From Candidatus Poribacteria bacterium (lineage in GTDB: Bacteria; Poribacteria; WGA-4E; PCPOR2b): a stretch of DNA of 64,000 nucleotides. A model generated the notes under the pieces. It saw nothing but the letters and a program-made list of their open reading frames with translations, did no database searches and was not told the origin of the DNA. The position numbers and the translations under genes were made by a program. This document shows positions 19,993-29,901 of the stretch, in pieces (positions within the stretch are counted from its first letter, which is position 1; each line of letters opens with the position of its first letter). The DNA lies in contig OZ244587.1 of assembly GCA_965218095.1 (NCBI GenBank), positions 480,001-544,000 on the forward strand, in the 5' to 3' direction.

Positions 19993-21440
19993 CAGTTCGT
20001 ATTCTCCACACTGCGCGGAACTTCACTTTTCTCCCGTATCATTTCAAGATCAGCAAGCACGGTTTCTTCTGAACGCCAATCTTCGTGAAAAATTGCATTG
20101 ATTCGTTCATAAATCGCCGCCCGCCGACTCATGCCGTGGAACTGCCGCTCAGTGTCGAGCAACTTTGCCACAAGCGCAACAGGAATTCCTGTGTCATTAC
20201 ATAGCGATTCTAAAATCGCTTTATCAGACGCTGTGAATGTCCCAAGGTCATCTGTTGTCCAGTCGAGCCCTTCGCCGACGACCTCCCGGTAGATTTCCGG
20301 CACTGAATCTTCCCAATCTTGACGCTCTGTCTGCCAGATTTTACGAATCTCCTCAAGTTCTGCCGGAGTGATTAACTCAATGTTTGGCTCGGGGCCTTCC
20401 TGACGAACCTGCTGTTGAGTTTCCAGAAGCATTCGTAGAAGTTGTTTACAAAATTCCATTTTATAGGGGCCGCGAACCAACTGCCCATTTTTATCACTAA
20501 CAAATCCACCACGACGGCGGTGTTCTCGCAATTTCGGTTTGTTTTCCGGCTCCTGCGTCGAGGCGAGGAAGTCCCGAAACTCAAGTAGCGGCATCATCCA
20601 ATCCTCACCGTTGTCAATCATTGCTTCCATTGACTTGTCTTTCGCGACAACAGTACACGTCCAGCACCCAAATCGGCTGTTACCGCAAGAAGGTGTCGTC
20701 TCATCAACGACTAACGGACACTCCCCAGCATTTGCGTTGCGATATAGTGCAAATAACTGCTTGTTGTCATTTCCCCATGGCGAAGGGACTTGAAACAGGT
20801 AAATCCACACATCATTGAGACCGAAATCAACAATCGGCGTATATACAAAAGCGTTGGGTAGTGACGTATGGCGTGAAAGTAGAGAGTCCTTGATTTTGTG
20901 CAGGTTCAACACCTGATCGCGTGTTGTGCTCTCTCCCTTGCGAACACCGAGAATTAGAATGACTTCGCCATGGTCAGCCACTTTGTCAAGTATGAATTGA
21001 TTGGCTGGCTGAATCTTCATCCGGTCGGTACACCAACGAAATTTCGTGTACGGAGCCGGATAACCCTTGCCGATGAGGTTCACCCAAAATGTCTGGTCAA
21101 TTTTCGGTTTCACGACGTGGGTCCGAAACGGCATTCCAGTTTCCTTTGCCTTCTGCTCAATGCGCCCTAACGTGCTAGTGATGTAATCCACAATCACAGG
21201 CGTTTCGACCAGCGTGTCAGACGTAATGACGTAAACCGGCTTTTGGCGTTGCTCAGGTGGAAGTTCTTCGAGCGCGTACCAGATTAGTTGAAGTGCTGTC
21301 GTAGAATCTTTACCACCACTGTAGCCAACGACCCACGGACGGGAATCGCCGAGGTACACCTGTTGAATTTCTTGGTGAATTTCTGATGTTGTTCGGGTAT
21401 CAAAAATCGAATACGCTTTTTCGTCGGTTACTTTGGCCAT
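19992..21440 (-). CDS. dndC: DNA phosphorothioation sulfurtransferase DndC
   Basis: PWVVGYSGGKDST, DTLVETP, FWVNLIGKGYPAP, RWCTDRMKI and ECPLVVD..TPSCGNSRFGCWTCTVV motifs. Confidence 0.97.
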   Translation of the reverse strand: MAKVTDEKAYSIFDTRTTSEIHQEIQQVYLGDSRPWVVGYSGGKDSTTALQLIWYALEELPPEQRQKPVYVITSDTLVETPVIVDYITSTLGRIEQKAKETGMPFRTHVVKPKIDQTFWVNLIGKGYPAPYTKFRWCTDRMKIQPANQFILDKVADHGEVILILGVRKGESTTRDQVLNLHKIKDSLLSRHTSLPNAFVYTPIVDFGLNDVWIYLFQVPSPWGNDNKQLFALYRNANAGECPLVVDETTPSCGNSRFGCWTCTVVAKDKSMEAMIDNGEDWMMPLLEFRDFLASTQEPENKPKLREHRRRGGFVSDKNGQLVRGPYKMEFCKQLLRMLLETQQQVRQEGPEPNIELITPAELEEIRKIWQTERQDWEDSVPEIYREVVGEGLDWTTDDLGTFTASDKAILESLCNDTGIPVALVAKLLDTERQFHGMSRRAAIYERINAIFHEDWRSEETVLADLEMIREKSEVPRSVENTN

Positions 21441-21473
21441 TCAATAAACCTCCTTGGTGTTGATTCTCATTTC

Positions 21474-21502
21474 AGTATAGCAAAAAACAAAGAAGAGTTC
21501 AA
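21474..21502 (-). promoter_or_regulatory. Sigma70 promoter for dndCD
   Basis: TTGAAC-N17-TATACT with extended TG, about 34 bp upstream of the ATG. RBS aaggagg. Confidence 0.6.
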
Positions 21503-22003
21503 GAAAATTCATACCTCTGTATCTCTGCACCAATATAGAGATGCCAAAAGATGGGTATCGCACGGTGTCGAAATGGGCTCGCCGCAACAATCGCTTTGAA
21601 ACCGCCAATCAGGTCGGTTTCATCTCTCAAAATCTGAGCCTCACGCTTTTCAACGCCGGGTTTTTCAAAACGGGCTTGAAAATCTCCGTCAGATGGGTTG
21701 CCATGGGTATTGGATTCACTTGTTTGGGGTGATATTTTCCTTATCATAATACCTCCTTGAGGTTGTTCGGATAAAGCCTTGATTGTGCGAGGATTCCTTC
21801 ACAACAGCGGATTCAGAAATCGAGTTGAAAACAATCGAAAACATTCCCAAAATCCCGCCCCAAATAGCAAATTTTATCCCATACAGATAATTGGATTGAA
21901 ATTGAGATGACACCTGGTCCCACCAGCGAAACGATTGCCATAACAGTAGATAATGTTCATGCAACGACTGAAGAATTCCGACAGAAAGGAGTTTATATTA
22001 TTA

Positions 22004-22787
22004 GGTTCTGTTGACATTTCATCGTAACCAGATAATCGCAGCAACGAAACTCAGAAACCCCAAATAGCGACCCGCCAACTTATCAAAACAACTGAAGATA
22101 CGCCTATAGTGCTTGATTTTGTTGATGAAGCATTCAACCCGATGTCTCTCTCGGTACAGATGCGTATCATAGTCTCGTGACTCACGGCGGTTGATACGGG
22201 GACGAATCACTGGCTCTGCACCCATACGGGTTATCAACTGCACCAATGAATCCGCGTCATACGCTGAGTCAGCTATCACATACTCACTGCTATACCCCTC
22301 CACACAAGTCATGGCGTGGCGTTGTCCAGCCGTCAGCGCAAAACGTAATGGATTGCCTAAGCCATCAACCGTGATGTGAATTTTGGTTGAAAATCCACCC
22401 GCACTACGTCCGAGTGCCTGTGAGGCTTGACCGCCACTTGTTTTCAAAGCCCCTGCAGCACAGGGGTGAGCGCGGCAGATGGTACTGTCACCATATCTGG
22501 GTCGTTGACAAAGTGTTGATGCAGCCGTTGGAAGATGCCTTTATCGCACCAGCGAGCGAATCGTTTATAGACGCTGTTCCAACTGCCGTACTCTTTTGGT
22601 AGGAGTCGCCATTGACTACCACTACGAGTTATCCAAAGCACTGCTTGGACAAAACGTTTTAAGTTCGCTTGCTGTCCGGTGTAGACATCGGAACAGGTTT
22701 GCAGGAATGCTGCTATTTTTGACCATTGATTATCGGATAAGGTAAGTGTTGACATATCGTTATTATGCCATAAATGTCAACACGTCC
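22004..22787 (-). mobile_element. IS5-family element, degenerate, with the same TIR family as 4665
   Basis: GGTTCTGTTGACATTT ... AAATGTCAACACGTCC with TA flanks. orfA (22444-22755) and orfB (22019-22447) carry small deletions; orfA lacks the in-frame DST motif. Confidence 0.88.
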
Positions 22788-23085
22788 TAAGTTGAACGAA
22801 ATTATTTTGGTAATTCGTGCAAAGCAGAGAGATGGGGAACTGGAATGGGGGCGGGGAAGCGAGGAAGAGTGACCCTCATTTGCCTCCCGCATACTCACAC
22901 ACTCCACCGCCTTACAGGGCTTCTGAGGGCATTTTAGGGGTATTTCTATCGCGGTTGGGCAGTCACGTTTGAAAAGCAGCATTTTTGATGGTGACAACAG
23001 TTTGATTTTCTGCTATAATGGCTCTGTCAAACGGCAATCAAACTGACAGCAATTCTCCAACCTATCCACCACGAGAAGAGAACTC

Positions 23086-23967
23086 ATGAAAAAACGATTG
23101 ATGTTGTTTCTTGCCGTGCTGATGATTTGCCAAGCAACCACAACCCACGCCGCTGAAGTCAAACTGACTGCCAGCGACGCGGTGGTAGATGATAACTTCA
23201 GCACTTCGGTCTCCATCAGTGGAGACTGGGCCATCGTCAGTTCTCATCATGACAACCGCGGGGCAGGTTCAGCCTATATCTACCAGCGTGACGAGGAGCT
23301 TTGGAAAGAGCAGGGCAAAGTCAATGCCAAGGATGGGGACAAAAATGACAGTTTCGGCTTTTCCGTCGCTATCAGCGGGGACACTGTCATCGCCGGGATG
23401 CCTCAAGATGATGATGACGGAGCTGACTCCGGCGCGGCGTATGTCTTCGCGCGTAGCGGGAGTAGTTGGAAAGAGCAGGCAAAGCTCACTGCCAGCGACG
23501 CGGCGGCAGGGGACAGGTTCGGCGGTTCCGTCTCTATCAGCGGAAACTCCGCCATCATCGGGACGACTTTGGACGGTGATGCTGCCGGCTCAGCCTATGT
23601 CTATGATGCGACCGGTGATCTTGCCCTTGCTGTCGAGTTATCTGCATTGATGGCAACCACGTTAGGTCAGGTCAAACGGACGGCACTGCTTCAAAACTTT
23701 CCCAATCCGTTTAATCCCGAGACGTGGATTCCGTATCGGTTGGCAGAAGATGCTTCGGTCACGTTGACCATCTCTGACCTAACGGGTTAGGTTGTCCGCA
23801 CGTTCAAAGTCGGACATCAGCCTGCCGCTGTGTATGATTCCAAGGAGCAGGCGATTTACTGGGATGGTCGCAATGACACAGGTGAGCCGGTTTCCAGCGG
23901 AATCTATTTCTACCACCTACAAGCTGGGGACTTTGCCGCGACGAAGAAGCTAATCATTCTGAAGTAA
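23086..23967 (+). pseudogene. FG-GAP repeat protein with Poribacteria-type C-terminal T9SS/FlgD-like domain, interrupted by an in-frame TAG
   Basis: Signal peptide and FGxSVxISG repeats. LLQNFPNPFNPETWIPY...DLTG*VVRT...YWDGRNDTGEPVSSGIYFY...KKLIILK, with TAG at 23788-23790. Confidence 0.85.
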
Positions 23968-24335
23968 TGGACAAAATCACTCTCAAGGGCATTCGATTTC
24001 ACGGCTATCACGGGGTCGCAGAAGCGGAGCGGCAGCTTGGGCAGAAGTATGAAGTGGACCTTGAACTGATGTGCGATCTCTCAGCCGCCGGCAAAACCGC
24101 TGATCTCGCCCACACAATTAACTACGCCCAAGTCGTTCGGCTGGTAGTTGAAATTGGGACACAGCAGTCATTTCAACTCATAGAAGCCCTCGCCGAAACG
24201 ATTGCAGGGGCGATTTTAGCTCGATTTCCAATTGAGGAAGTCCGAATCACTGCAAAGAAGTTATCTCCTCCCATTGAACAGCCTCTGACTTACGCAGCCG
24301 TTGAAATTCACAGAAAGCGGAACCCAAATGGATAA
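23967..24335 (+). CDS. folB: Dihydroneopterin aldolase
   Basis: FHGYHGV..ERQLGQ, TINY, LIEALAE and KLSPP motifs. Confidence 0.93.
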   Translation: MDKITLKGIRFHGYHGVAEAERQLGQKYEVDLELMCDLSAAGKTADLAHTINYAQVVRLVVEIGTQQSFQLIEALAETIAGAILARFPIEEVRITAKKLSPPIEQPLTYAAVEIHRKRNPNG

Positions 24336-25599
24336 CCACGTAAACCTATCCTTTCATCAAACATCACAGCCGGCCCCGACCTATCGGGGTTTCATATTTC
24401 ACGTTTCACGTTTCATTCTCAGCGTCTGCTTTCTTCTGATCACCGGTCGATCCGTCCAAGCAGTTGTTCATGGCACTGACCTGTTTCAAGAACTTCATCC
24501 GGGGCTGCGCATTTATCGGTATGATTGGCCTCAACAGGCGTGTATTCTTTATGTCGCCGAAATGGATCGCTCCCATCCCAACCTTCATTTTGAAGCGGCA
24601 ATTGCTAGGGATGCAATCTTGGGAAAGGAAACCGTCAGATCGATTGCGCATCGGCGATCGCAGCGTGATGATCGCCAGGTTTTGGTTGCTGTCAACGGGG
24701 GATTTGGTGTCTTGGGCGATATGAAAGGGTACGGCGGTGCGCTGGAAAATCTGCATATTCAGAATGGTGAGTTGATGACGCAACCCACCGATAAGGAAGC
24801 CTGTTTTGGAGTAACGGCGGACGGCGACTTTCTGATTGGGCCCGTCCAGATGAAAGCTACCGTGACCATAGGGACTCATGCGTTCCCAATCGAGTGCATC
24901 AACCAGAGATTTCTGGATGATTGTAAATCTATCCTTTATACCCCTCGCATGGGTTTCTCGACGCACACGAATCGTAAGCGAGCATACGAGATTATTTTGA
25001 CTGGGCTCAGGCTGCCGATTACGGGCAAATACAAGAATGCGTTCGTGGTCGATCGATTTGGAAAAGGTGGGAATAACCCGATTCCTGAAGAAGGCGCGGC
25101 GATCTCCTTCCGCTCACGGATTGATAAAAAATTGGCGGCTCAATTACACGAGGAAAATCGTGGAAAGATCGAAATTGCATTAGAACCGGCAATCTGGAAT
25201 CGCGTGGTTCACGCGATCGGTGGGCGACTACGACTCGTAAAAAATGGGAAAGTCAATGAACTGCTGGAAAAGAAACACCGCGCTGAAAAAGAACACACGC
25301 TTGGTGAACGAAAGCCTGACCTAGTGCTGAGTTATGAACCGCGGACGGCGCTCGGCTTTAACGATCAGAAGCTGATTCTGATTGTCGCTGATGGACGGCA
25401 GCCGGGGTATAGCACGGGGCTCTCTCTGTATCAGCTAGCAAGCCTTTTTATTGCGCTCGGCGCGATGGATGCTATCAATCTGGATGGCGGTTCATCGAGC
25501 ACTTTTGTTGTTGATGGGAAGGTCGTTAATCGCCCTTCTGGGCAAAGTGAGCGTGATGTCCTCAACGCGGTTTTTATCACTGTTGGTAAGGGGCGGTAA
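24328..25599 (+). CDS. Phosphodiester glycosidase (NAGPA) family protein
   Basis: AVNGGF, EPRTALG, VADGRQ, AINLDGGSS and NRPS motifs. Confidence 0.85.
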   Translation: MDNHVNLSFHQTSQPAPTYRGFIFHVSRFILSVCFLLITGRSVQAVVHGTDLFQELHPGLRIYRYDWPQQACILYVAEMDRSHPNLHFEAAIARDAILGKETVRSIAHRRSQRDDRQVLVAVNGGFGVLGDMKGYGGALENLHIQNGELMTQPTDKEACFGVTADGDFLIGPVQMKATVTIGTHAFPIECINQRFLDDCKSILYTPRMGFSTHTNRKRAYEIILTGLRLPITGKYKNAFVVDRFGKGGNNPIPEEGAAISFRSRIDKKLAAQLHEENRGKIEIALEPAIWNRVVHAIGGRLRLVKNGKVNELLEKKHRAEKEHTLGERKPDLVLSYEPRTALGFNDQKLILIVADGRQPGYSTGLSLYQLASLFIALGAMDAINLDGGSSSTFVVDGKVVNRPSGQSERDVLNAVFITVGKGR

Positions 25600-25663
25600 A
25601 GCGTGTAAAGTGGTCGATAGTAGATAATAGGATGCAAAATACGGTGATGTAGGAGGGAACACA

Positions 25664-26719
25664 ATGTCAAATAGACAACGGCTATCAACAATCGCATTCA
25701 TCCTCTTTTCAATTTGCATGTTTGGACCAGGGAACTCCGTGAGTTTCGCGGAAAAACCGAGCATGATTTCCGCAACCACACTTTCCCAAACTGCCGTTGA
25801 GTTACGATTTGATCAAGTGCTAAATCGCAAATCGGCGGAGAATGTGTCAAATTACCGAATCGATCTGGGGGTTGAGATTGAATGGGCGTCGCTTGATCCA
25901 AGAACGAATATCCTGCGTCTATACACCACCCCGCTGGAGATTGATAAAAAATATACGTTGACCATTCAGGGGATAGTCGATCCAGTGAAAAACTTTCCCT
26001 TCACCCTTTCGGACCCAACGGAGATGACTTTCGGTGAAGGGGATGCGGTGACATTTTCGGGCATTTTGCAGGATACTTCTTTGATTGTTCATCCGAAAAA
26101 GAAGATGAAAAACCACAACGCCGGTGGAGAAGAATTCCTATTGTGTACGCCCATGGGGGGTGTCTTCTTCGTCGCTTTCGGGATTATGGAGGCGTTTGAG
26201 GAAATCGGCATCATGGGTACGGATGGGATTTTAGACGCGTCGATCAGTCTCTATGTAGGGTCAGTCGAAAATGATAAACCGCAGCAGCTCATTATTCGGC
26301 GCGTCCTGCTTCCCTGGAAGGAGGGGGTGCAGAAATCACAACCGGCGACGGAAAACGAACTGACTTATAATAGTGCGTTGCACCGAAATCTTCCCTGGAA
26401 TAAGCCGCCGGCGCAAGCCATGCTGGAAGGGATTAACGGCGATAAAGCAACTGATTACAACGGTTCTGAGGATGTCGCATATCGAATTGATAGCATGACA
26501 AAGATCCAGGGGGCTGGAGTACGATATGTTTGGAAGGGAGATTTGGTGACAGACGCTTTCCGCTTTTGGCTTGCCAACCCAGATTATAACTACGGCTACC
26601 TGTTTGCGCTGCGTGATGGGGCCGGATCGGTGCGTTTTACTTCTAAAGAGCATCCCGATGAAACCCGCCGCCCTGTGCTGACGATCCGGTATGCAACGCG
26701 TGTAAAACGTAATGAATAA
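25664..26719 (+). CDS. Secreted Ig-like plus DNRLRE-type domain protein
   Basis: Signal peptide, RVLLPWKEG, WLANPDYNYG and FTSKE...RPVLTI motifs. Confidence 0.65.
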   Translation: MSNRQRLSTIAFILFSICMFGPGNSVSFAEKPSMISATTLSQTAVELRFDQVLNRKSAENVSNYRIDLGVEIEWASLDPRTNILRLYTTPLEIDKKYTLTIQGIVDPVKNFPFTLSDPTEMTFGEGDAVTFSGILQDTSLIVHPKKKMKNHNAGGEEFLLCTPMGGVFFVAFGIMEAFEEIGIMGTDGILDASISLYVGSVENDKPQQLIIRRVLLPWKEGVQKSQPATENELTYNSALHRNLPWNKPPAQAMLEGINGDKATDYNGSEDVAYRIDSMTKIQGAGVRYVWKGDLVTDAFRFWLANPDYNYGYLFALRDGAGSVRFTSKEHPDETRRPVLTIRYATRVKRNE

Positions 26720-26750
26720 AGCGTGATGCGTCAAATGCCCATCCTTGTTT

Positions 26751-28049
26751 TCATTGCGTTTCTCGCAGATAGGATCTAATGTGAATCAGTGTCCGCTCAG
26801 ATGCTCCTAAATTCTCCTCGATGACCTGTTTCCCGATTTGTCCCATTCGGGTACACCCCTCCGCATCTGAGAGCAGTGCTTTGAGAACATCTGTTATCTC
26901 TTGCGCGTTATTAACCAACTGAGCCGCCCCTCGCGTTTTCAGCAGGTAAGCCTCATAAGCGTTATGGATGGTGGGCCCGAATAAGATCGGTTTTGCCATC
27001 GCCGCTGGCTCCATCACGTTATGCACGCTCCCGTGAAAACTCCCACCGACAAAAGCAATATCTGCCGACCGATAGAGCTTTGCCAGAAGACCGACTGTGT
27101 CGATCACAATTACGTCAATTTGGCGCAGATCAATGCCCTCCTCAAGTTCCGAAAAACAGATCTGTGAAAATCTCCGGTGCGCTAACTGCGTCCGGATCTC
27201 GCTGATTCGTTCGTCTGTCGGTTCATGGGGAACGAGAATTAAATGAGGCAAGGGCTGCGGCGAATCTTCGCGCAGGCGGTGGCAGGCTTCAAGCAACACC
27301 CGTTCATCCTCCAAATAAGTGCTTCCTGCAATCAAGATTGGGCGTTGCAAGGTTGACTGTCCCGGGAAAAATTCAGCGTTTGCATCAACAGCGATCGCGC
27401 GTTGATAGACGCGATCAAAACGGGTATCCCCTGTGACTTGGATCTGCGCGTGGGGCGGGCAAATTTGGCGAAAGCGTTGCGCATCATCCTCTGAGATGAC
27501 GCAGTGCACCGCAATGTGCCGATGAACATCTTTGAAGAAGGATTGCGCAAAGGGCGCCAAACACCTGGACTTTGGGTGCAGGGTCCCCGCGATGAGAATG
27601 ATCGGAATCCCGTGCTCGGACGCACACCAGACCAAGTTGGGCCAGATGTCAAATTTGGAAAAGATCAGTAAAGATGGCTTGATGATTTCAAGAAGGCGTT
27701 CTGCGTTTCGGGAGGTATCCAATGGCAGATAAATGGCCGCGTCGCGATGGGGATATTTTACGACGTTGGGGTGGACGGAAGGTGAGAAGTAGGTTAAGAC
27801 GATACGCGTCTTGTCTTTGATGGATTCGATTAACGGCTTGGCTTGCTCGAATTCCCCGACGGAGGTGAAATGGAACCAGGCCGTTTGATTAAGCTTTCGT
27901 GCTGGATCCAACTGACTTTCGAGTGAATCGAAAACGCTTCGCCGCCCGGCAATCCCTTGGCGGATCTTGGGACTAAACCGGGCAGCAGTGTAAAATCCAG
28001 TGGCTAACGCGGGAATTGCAATCGTATTATAGAGCGTTTTCCAGATCAT
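26751..28049 (-). CDS. waaA: 3-deoxy-D-manno-octulosonic acid transferase
   Basis: WFHFTSVGEFEQ, YLPLD, DIWPN, GDTRFD, AGST, VPHE and AFVGGS..HNVMEPA motifs. Start taken at MIWK. Confidence 0.9.
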   Translation of the reverse strand: MIWKTLYNTIAIPALATGFYTAARFSPKIRQGIAGRRSVFDSLESQLDPARKLNQTAWFHFTSVGEFEQAKPLIESIKDKTRIVLTYFSPSVHPNVVKYPHRDAAIYLPLDTSRNAERLLEIIKPSLLIFSKFDIWPNLVWCASEHGIPIILIAGTLHPKSRCLAPFAQSFFKDVHRHIAVHCVISEDDAQRFRQICPPHAQIQVTGDTRFDRVYQRAIAVDANAEFFPGQSTLQRPILIAGSTYLEDERVLLEACHRLREDSPQPLPHLILVPHEPTDERISEIRTQLAHRRFSQICFSELEEGIDLRQIDVIVIDTVGLLAKLYRSADIAFVGGSFHGSVHNVMEPAAMAKPILFGPTIHNAYEAYLLKTRGAAQLVNNAQEITDVLKALLSDAEGCTRMGQIGKQVIEENLGASERTLIHIRSYLRETQ

Positions 28050-28050
28050 G

Positions 28051-28112
28051 GAACGTAAAACGTAAAACGTAAAACGTAAGGCTTTCACGCATTCCGTTTT
28101 ACGCATCACGCT
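28051..28112. repeat. Heptamer tandem (AAAACGT)n with inverted partner
   Basis: gaacgtaaaacgtaaaacgtaaaacgtaag...ttcacgc...ttttacgcatcacgc. Confidence 0.8.
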
Positions 28113-28186
28113 TACCTCAACTCTGAGAAGACCTCAGAAAATCTGTTATTTGGTGGAGGAATCAGTGACTTGATGATTCGCTTCTC

Positions 28187-28522
28187 TTAAAGCGCAGACA
28201 GGATCTTTGTCTTCAGCACATTTTTCGCGTTCCCTTGAGGGACGCCGGCAATCTGATCTGCAACTTCTCCATCCTTGAACACTAGCAGTGTCGGGATACT
28301 ACGAATGCCGTACTTCATTGCTGTTTCACGGTTGTCATCAACGTTGAGTTTACCCACCTTGAATTCGTCTACATGCTCATCAGCAAGCTGTTCCATGATT
28401 GGGGCAATCATTTTGCATGGGCTGCACCATTCCGCCCAAAAATCAACGACAATTGGAATATCTGAATTCATGACAGTATCTTCAAAATTAGTGTCAGTGA
28501 TTTCTAAAACATTTTCAGCCAT
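28187..28522 (-). CDS. trxA: Thioredoxin
   Basis: VDFWAEWCSPCK and YGIRSIPTL motifs. Confidence 0.93.
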   Translation of the reverse strand: MAENVLEITDTNFEDTVMNSDIPIVVDFWAEWCSPCKMIAPIMEQLADEHVDEFKVGKLNVDDNRETAMKYGIRSIPTLLVFKDGEVADQIAGVPQGNAKNVLKTKILSAL

Positions 28523-28842
28523 GAGTTTTCTTCTCCTTACAGCTAGTAAATTGATAGACTCAGTTTATTTTTATTCATTTGGCAACCCAAGCATAGGGAC
28601 AAGTTGCATGTCAGGCTTTATCCTGAGACAACTAAAATCGGAAATGAGGGAAATTGTTGCCAATTTTGATATTTGACAACCCTTTAGGCCGGTTCGTTGG
28701 AGGCCGGAATGACAGCCCACAATGGTTATGCGATGATTGCATGTCATTATGGCACATTTTGCTTTTGGGAGTATTGCTCAATTTCAAATTTTCACTCACT
28801 TCAGATAAGTGAACTTATAGCGAGTAAAACGTGCTCTTCTCC

Positions 28843-28900
28843 CGTCATCCTCAGCGAAGTGAAGGATCTCTTGCACCTTAAGAGGAGATTCTTCGCTGCA
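28843..28900. repeat. REP/MITE-like element (gtcatcctgagcgaagcgaaggatct type)
   Basis: gtcatcctcagcgaagtgaaggatctc...gagattcttcgctg inverted arms. Confidence 0.65.
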
Positions 28901-29038
28901 TTCTATTAGACTTCCAAGAAACTACCCGCAATGGGTTCAGTGTAAAAAATGCTCACCCTATTGTCAAAAACAGGTTAATATGGTACCCTACAAAAGCGAG
29001 GGAGTCAATAATATTACTGTAAGTCCCCTGACAATCTG

Positions 29039-29875
29039 ATGATGCTCATTCGCTCCACATCAAATCCACAGATCAAGTACATTCATGAATTGCGCCAAAA
29101 ACGGAAGGTGCGTAAAGCCCACCGCGAATTTTTCGTTGAAGGCGTACAGGTGATTGCTGAAGCGTACAGCTACGGCTGGAATGTGAAGCGGTTGATCTAC
29201 TGTCCGTCTATGGTATGTTCTGATTGGGCGAAGAAAACGGTTGCAGAATCTGATCCGCACACCCATCTGCAAGTTGCGGAATACCTGCTTAACAGGCTCA
29301 GTGACCGCAACGATCCGGAGCTAATGGCGGTCGTCGTACAAGCGGAAGATGACCTCGTACGGGTTCCCATTGAAGCGGATCTGCTCGTTATTGCTGTAGA
29401 CCGTCCACAGAATCCGGGGAATTTGGGGACGATCATTCGCTCCGCCGACGCCATGGGCGCCCACGGGGCGTTGATCATTGAGCCCGCTGTTGATCTCTAC
29501 CATCCAAAGACCGTCCGGGCGACGATGGGGTCGCTGTTTGCGTTGCCGGTGCCTCGTGTCAGTGAGCCCGAACTTTTCCAGGATTGGCTGAATCAAGTCC
29601 GTGCGACGCTCGACAACGTACAAGTGGTCGGGACAAGCCCACACGCTCCAATGACGATAGACCAGCGCGATTTCACGCTTCCAACGGTCCTCATCATCGG
29701 GAATGAACAATCCGGACTCAGCGATTATTTTGAAGCGATGTGTGATGCGTTAGTCTCTATCCCTATGTCCGGTTCAGCGGAGTCTCTCAACAGCGCGGTA
29801 TCCGCTTCGATTGCACTCTATGAAGCACATCGCCAACGATTGGCACGCAAAACAGGCTCTCAGAAACGCCGATAA
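29039..29875 (+). CDS. TrmH/SpoU family RNA methyltransferase
   Basis: STSNPQIK, PGNLGTIIRSADA, VRATMGS, IGNEQSGL and IPMSGSAESLN motifs. Confidence 0.93.
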   Translation: MMLIRSTSNPQIKYIHELRQKRKVRKAHREFFVEGVQVIAEAYSYGWNVKRLIYCPSMVCSDWAKKTVAESDPHTHLQVAEYLLNRLSDRNDPELMAVVVQAEDDLVRVPIEADLLVIAVDRPQNPGNLGTIIRSADAMGAHGALIIEPAVDLYHPKTVRATMGSLFALPVPRVSEPELFQDWLNQVRATLDNVQVVGTSPHAPMTIDQRDFTLPTVLIIGNEQSGLSDYFEAMCDALVSIPMSGSAESLNSAVSASIALYEAHRQRLARKTGSQKRR

Positions 29876-29901
29876 AATAGAGATCGGTTGTGTTTTAGAA
29901 C

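Noticed and set aside
21499-21964. Small ORFs upstream of dndC as a candidate dndB or dndE
   Set aside because: No DGQHR or DndE-like motif. They lie upstream of the dndC promoter next to an IS and look like decayed sequence.
28187-28522. Thioredoxin WCSPC instead of WCGPC
   Set aside because: A common natural variant with both cysteines retained.
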